A DNA stretch of 64,000 nucleotides from an uncultured Nitrospiraceae bacterium (GTDB lineage Bacteria > Nitrospirota > Nitrospiria > Nitrospirales > Nitrospiraceae), in assembly GCA_963706325.1 (NCBI GenBank), contig CAVPLT010000007.1, positions 858,942 through 922,941 of the forward strand, written 5' to 3'. The translations under genes were made by a program, and so were the position numbers. Positions 62,010-64,000 of this stretch are shown one piece after another. Below the pieces are notes generated by a model that saw only the letters and a program-made list of their open reading frames with translations, made no database searches and had not been told where the DNA came from. How positions within the stretch are numbered: position 1 is the first letter of the stretch; every line of letters starts with the position of its first letter.

Positions 62010-62660
62010 ATGACCGCCGAAACCGATGCGAAGCTGATCGAAGAGGGCCGAAAACTCTTTGCCGGCGACTGGAAATTCGTCTGGGCCTCGCCCTCGATCG
62101 AAACGCTGCCACCGATGGCAGGCATGGAAGTGGCGTTTGCCGGCCGTTCCAATGTCGGCAAATCGAGCCTGATCAATGCGCTCACCGGCCGCAACGCGCT
62201 GGCGCGCACTTCGCATACGCCGGGCCGCACCCAGGAACTGATCTTCTTCGACGGCCCTGATAATGCAGGACTGCGGCTGGTCGACATGCCCGGCTATGGC
62301 TATGCCTCGGCGCCCAAGACCCAGGTCGCCTCCTGGACCAAGCTGATCCATCAATTCCTGCAGGGACGCGCCACGCTGGCGCGGGTCTATGTGCTGATCG
62401 ACGCGCGCCACGGCATCAAGGATGTCGACCAGGACGTGCTCAAGACGCTGGATAAGTCCGCCGTGAGCTATCAGGTGGTGCTGACCAAGGCGGACCAGGT
62501 GAAGAAGGCAGAACTCGAAAAACACATCGCCGAGACCGCCGCCGCGCTCGCCAAACACCCGGCGGCGTTTCCGGAAGTTCTGGTGACATCCTCGCGCGCC
62601 GGCGACGGCATGCCGGAATTGCGCGCCGCGATGGTGCGCCTGTTGCACGAGCGCGCCTGA
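62010..62660 (+). CDS. engB: Ribosome biogenesis GTPase YihA/YsxC
   Basis: GRSNVGKSS, TPGRT, DMPGYG, TKAD. Confidence 0.96.
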   Translation: MTAETDAKLIEEGRKLFAGDWKFVWASPSIETLPPMAGMEVAFAGRSNVGKSSLINALTGRNALARTSHTPGRTQELIFFDGPDNAGLRLVDMPGYGYASAPKTQVASWTKLIHQFLQGRATLARVYVLIDARHGIKDVDQDVLKTLDKSAVSYQVVLTKADQVKKAELEKHIAETAAALAKHPAAFPEVLVTSSRAGDGMPELRAAMVRLLHERA

Positions 62661-63031
62661 TGAACCGGACGGGCCGCATCCTGATCGTGCTCGCCGCCGT
62701 CATGGGCGCCGATGGCGTCATGCTGGCGGCGGCCTCCGCCCATGGCGCGGATGCGTCGCGGCTGGTATCCGCCTCGTCGATGCTGCTGTTTCACGCCAGC
62801 GCGGTATTGGGTGCCGTGGCACTGGCCGAGCGCGGCATTATCCATGCCCGCATCGGCATCTTGGCCGCTTTCGGCTTCGTCATCGCGGCAGGGCTGTTCG
62901 CCGGCGACCTGACGCTACGGCATTACGCGGGACACGGACTGTTTCCGATGGCCGCACCGACGGGCGGGACGCTCTTGATTGTGAGCTGGCTGGCGCTGGC
63001 GGTGGCAGCGGCCTGGCCGAAGCGGGGGTGA
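62660..63031 (+). CDS. DUF423 membrane protein
   Basis: GVMLAAASAH, FHA, LFAGDL, APTGG. Confidence 0.85.
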   Translation: MNRTGRILIVLAAVMGADGVMLAAASAHGADASRLVSASSMLLFHASAVLGAVALAERGIIHARIGILAAFGFVIAAGLFAGDLTLRHYAGHGLFPMAAPTGGTLLIVSWLALAVAAAWPKRG

Positions 63032-63157
63032 CTCTTCCCTTCTCCCCTTGTGGGTGAAGGGAAAAAGAGACCACAGACCCGCAAATCCCCCTCTTTGCGC
63101 CCCGCCCGCCAATCGGATAGAACCCGGCCCGACATCTGGAATGGCGAGACCCGCTTC

Positions 63158-64000
63158 ATGACATCAGCGCCGAATATCAGCCCGCTCGATCAGGCCCGCA
63201 TCCTGTCGGAAGCGCTGCCGCATATGCAGCAATATGACGAGGAAACCATCGTCATCAAATATGGCGGCCATGCCATGGGCGCAGAGGAAACCGCGAAAGC
63301 CTTTGCCCGCGACATCGTGCTGCTGGAGCAGACCGCGATCAATCCGGTGGTGGTGCATGGCGGCGGGCCGCAGATCGCGACCATGCTCAAGCGGCTCGGC
63401 ATCCAGTCGGAATTCGCCGCGGGGCTGCGCATCACCGACGCCGCCACCATCGAAATCGTCGAGATGGTGCTGGCCGGCTCGGTCAACAAGCAACTGGTCG
63501 GCTACATCAACGAAGCCGGCGGCAAGGCGGTGGGCTTGAGCGGCAAGGACGGCAACATGGTGAAGGCGTCGAAGACGACGCGCACCATGGTCGATCCGGA
63601 TTCCAACATCGAGAAGGCAATCGATCTCGGCTTCGTCGGCGACCCCGACAAGGTGGATCTGACGCTATTGAACCAGTTGATCGGCTACGAACTGATTCCC
63701 GGTGCTGGCGCCGCTCGCGACCTCGCATGACGGCCAGACGCTGAACGTCAACGCCGACACGTTTGCCGGCGCCGTGGCGGGTGCGCTGAAAGCCAAGCGA
63801 CTGCTGCTTTTGACCGACGTTCCCGGCGTGCTCGACAAGTCGAAGAAGCTGATTCCGGAATTGTCGGTCAAGGATGCGCGAAAGCTGATCGCCGACGGCA
63901 CCATTTCCGGCGGCATGATCCCGAAGGTCGAGACCTGCATCTATGCCCTTGAACAGGGCGTGCAGGGCGTCGTCATTATCGACGGCAAGACACAGCACGC
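63158..64000 (+). CDS. argB: Acetylglutamate kinase, 3'-partial (apparent frameshift ~63700)
   Basis: [40 protein letters not shown]. Confidence 0.96.

Noticed and set aside
63036..63066. Hairpin after DUF423 as a novel RNA
   Set aside because: Matches a truncated common intergenic palindromic repeat or terminator-like hairpin.
1..64000. CRISPR array, cas genes, rRNA, retron or other reverse transcriptase
   Set aside because: No regularly spaced repeat-spacer array and no recognisable Cas, RT or rRNA motifs seen.

Overview
The window has three parts. (1) 1-~5755 is a surface-polysaccharide operon (SAM methyltransferase, two GT4 glycosyltransferases, an O-antigen ligase/Wzy-like-GT4 fusion, flippase N-terminus). 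It ends mid-gene against a truncated tyrosine integrase on the opposite strand, which is either a deletion junction or an assembly chimera. (2) ~5755-57135 is a ~51 kb accretion-type genomic island beside tRNA-Arg(ACG), with two inverted 3' halves of tRNA-Gly(GCC) near its ends and several internal att-like sites. Its cargo is an orphan PIN-like gene, a complete F9/DosM-type cytoplasmic chemosensory cluster with two CheC-like genes and a PAS hybrid kinase (bounded by a 17/19-bp direct repeat), a fasciclin-tspO-unknown operon with an XRE-cupin regulator, small genes with EcfG-like promoters, a Crp/Fnr regulator plus GAF-PAS hybrid kinase, a FimB-like recombinase and phage remnants, an M15 peptidase plus L,D-transpeptidase, kup, opgC, and IS30/IS66/IS110/IS1111 elements sitting in a dispersed hairpin repeat family. 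(3) 57136-64000 is Bradyrhizobium-like core genome (tRNA-Arg, sensor kinase, rpmH-rnpA-yidC-engB-DUF423-argB). Single-base frameshifts also hit core genes (yidC twice, argB, rnpA), so many indels are probably sequencing errors and pseudogene calls are tentative. All calls come from motif recognition by eye; no searches were run.
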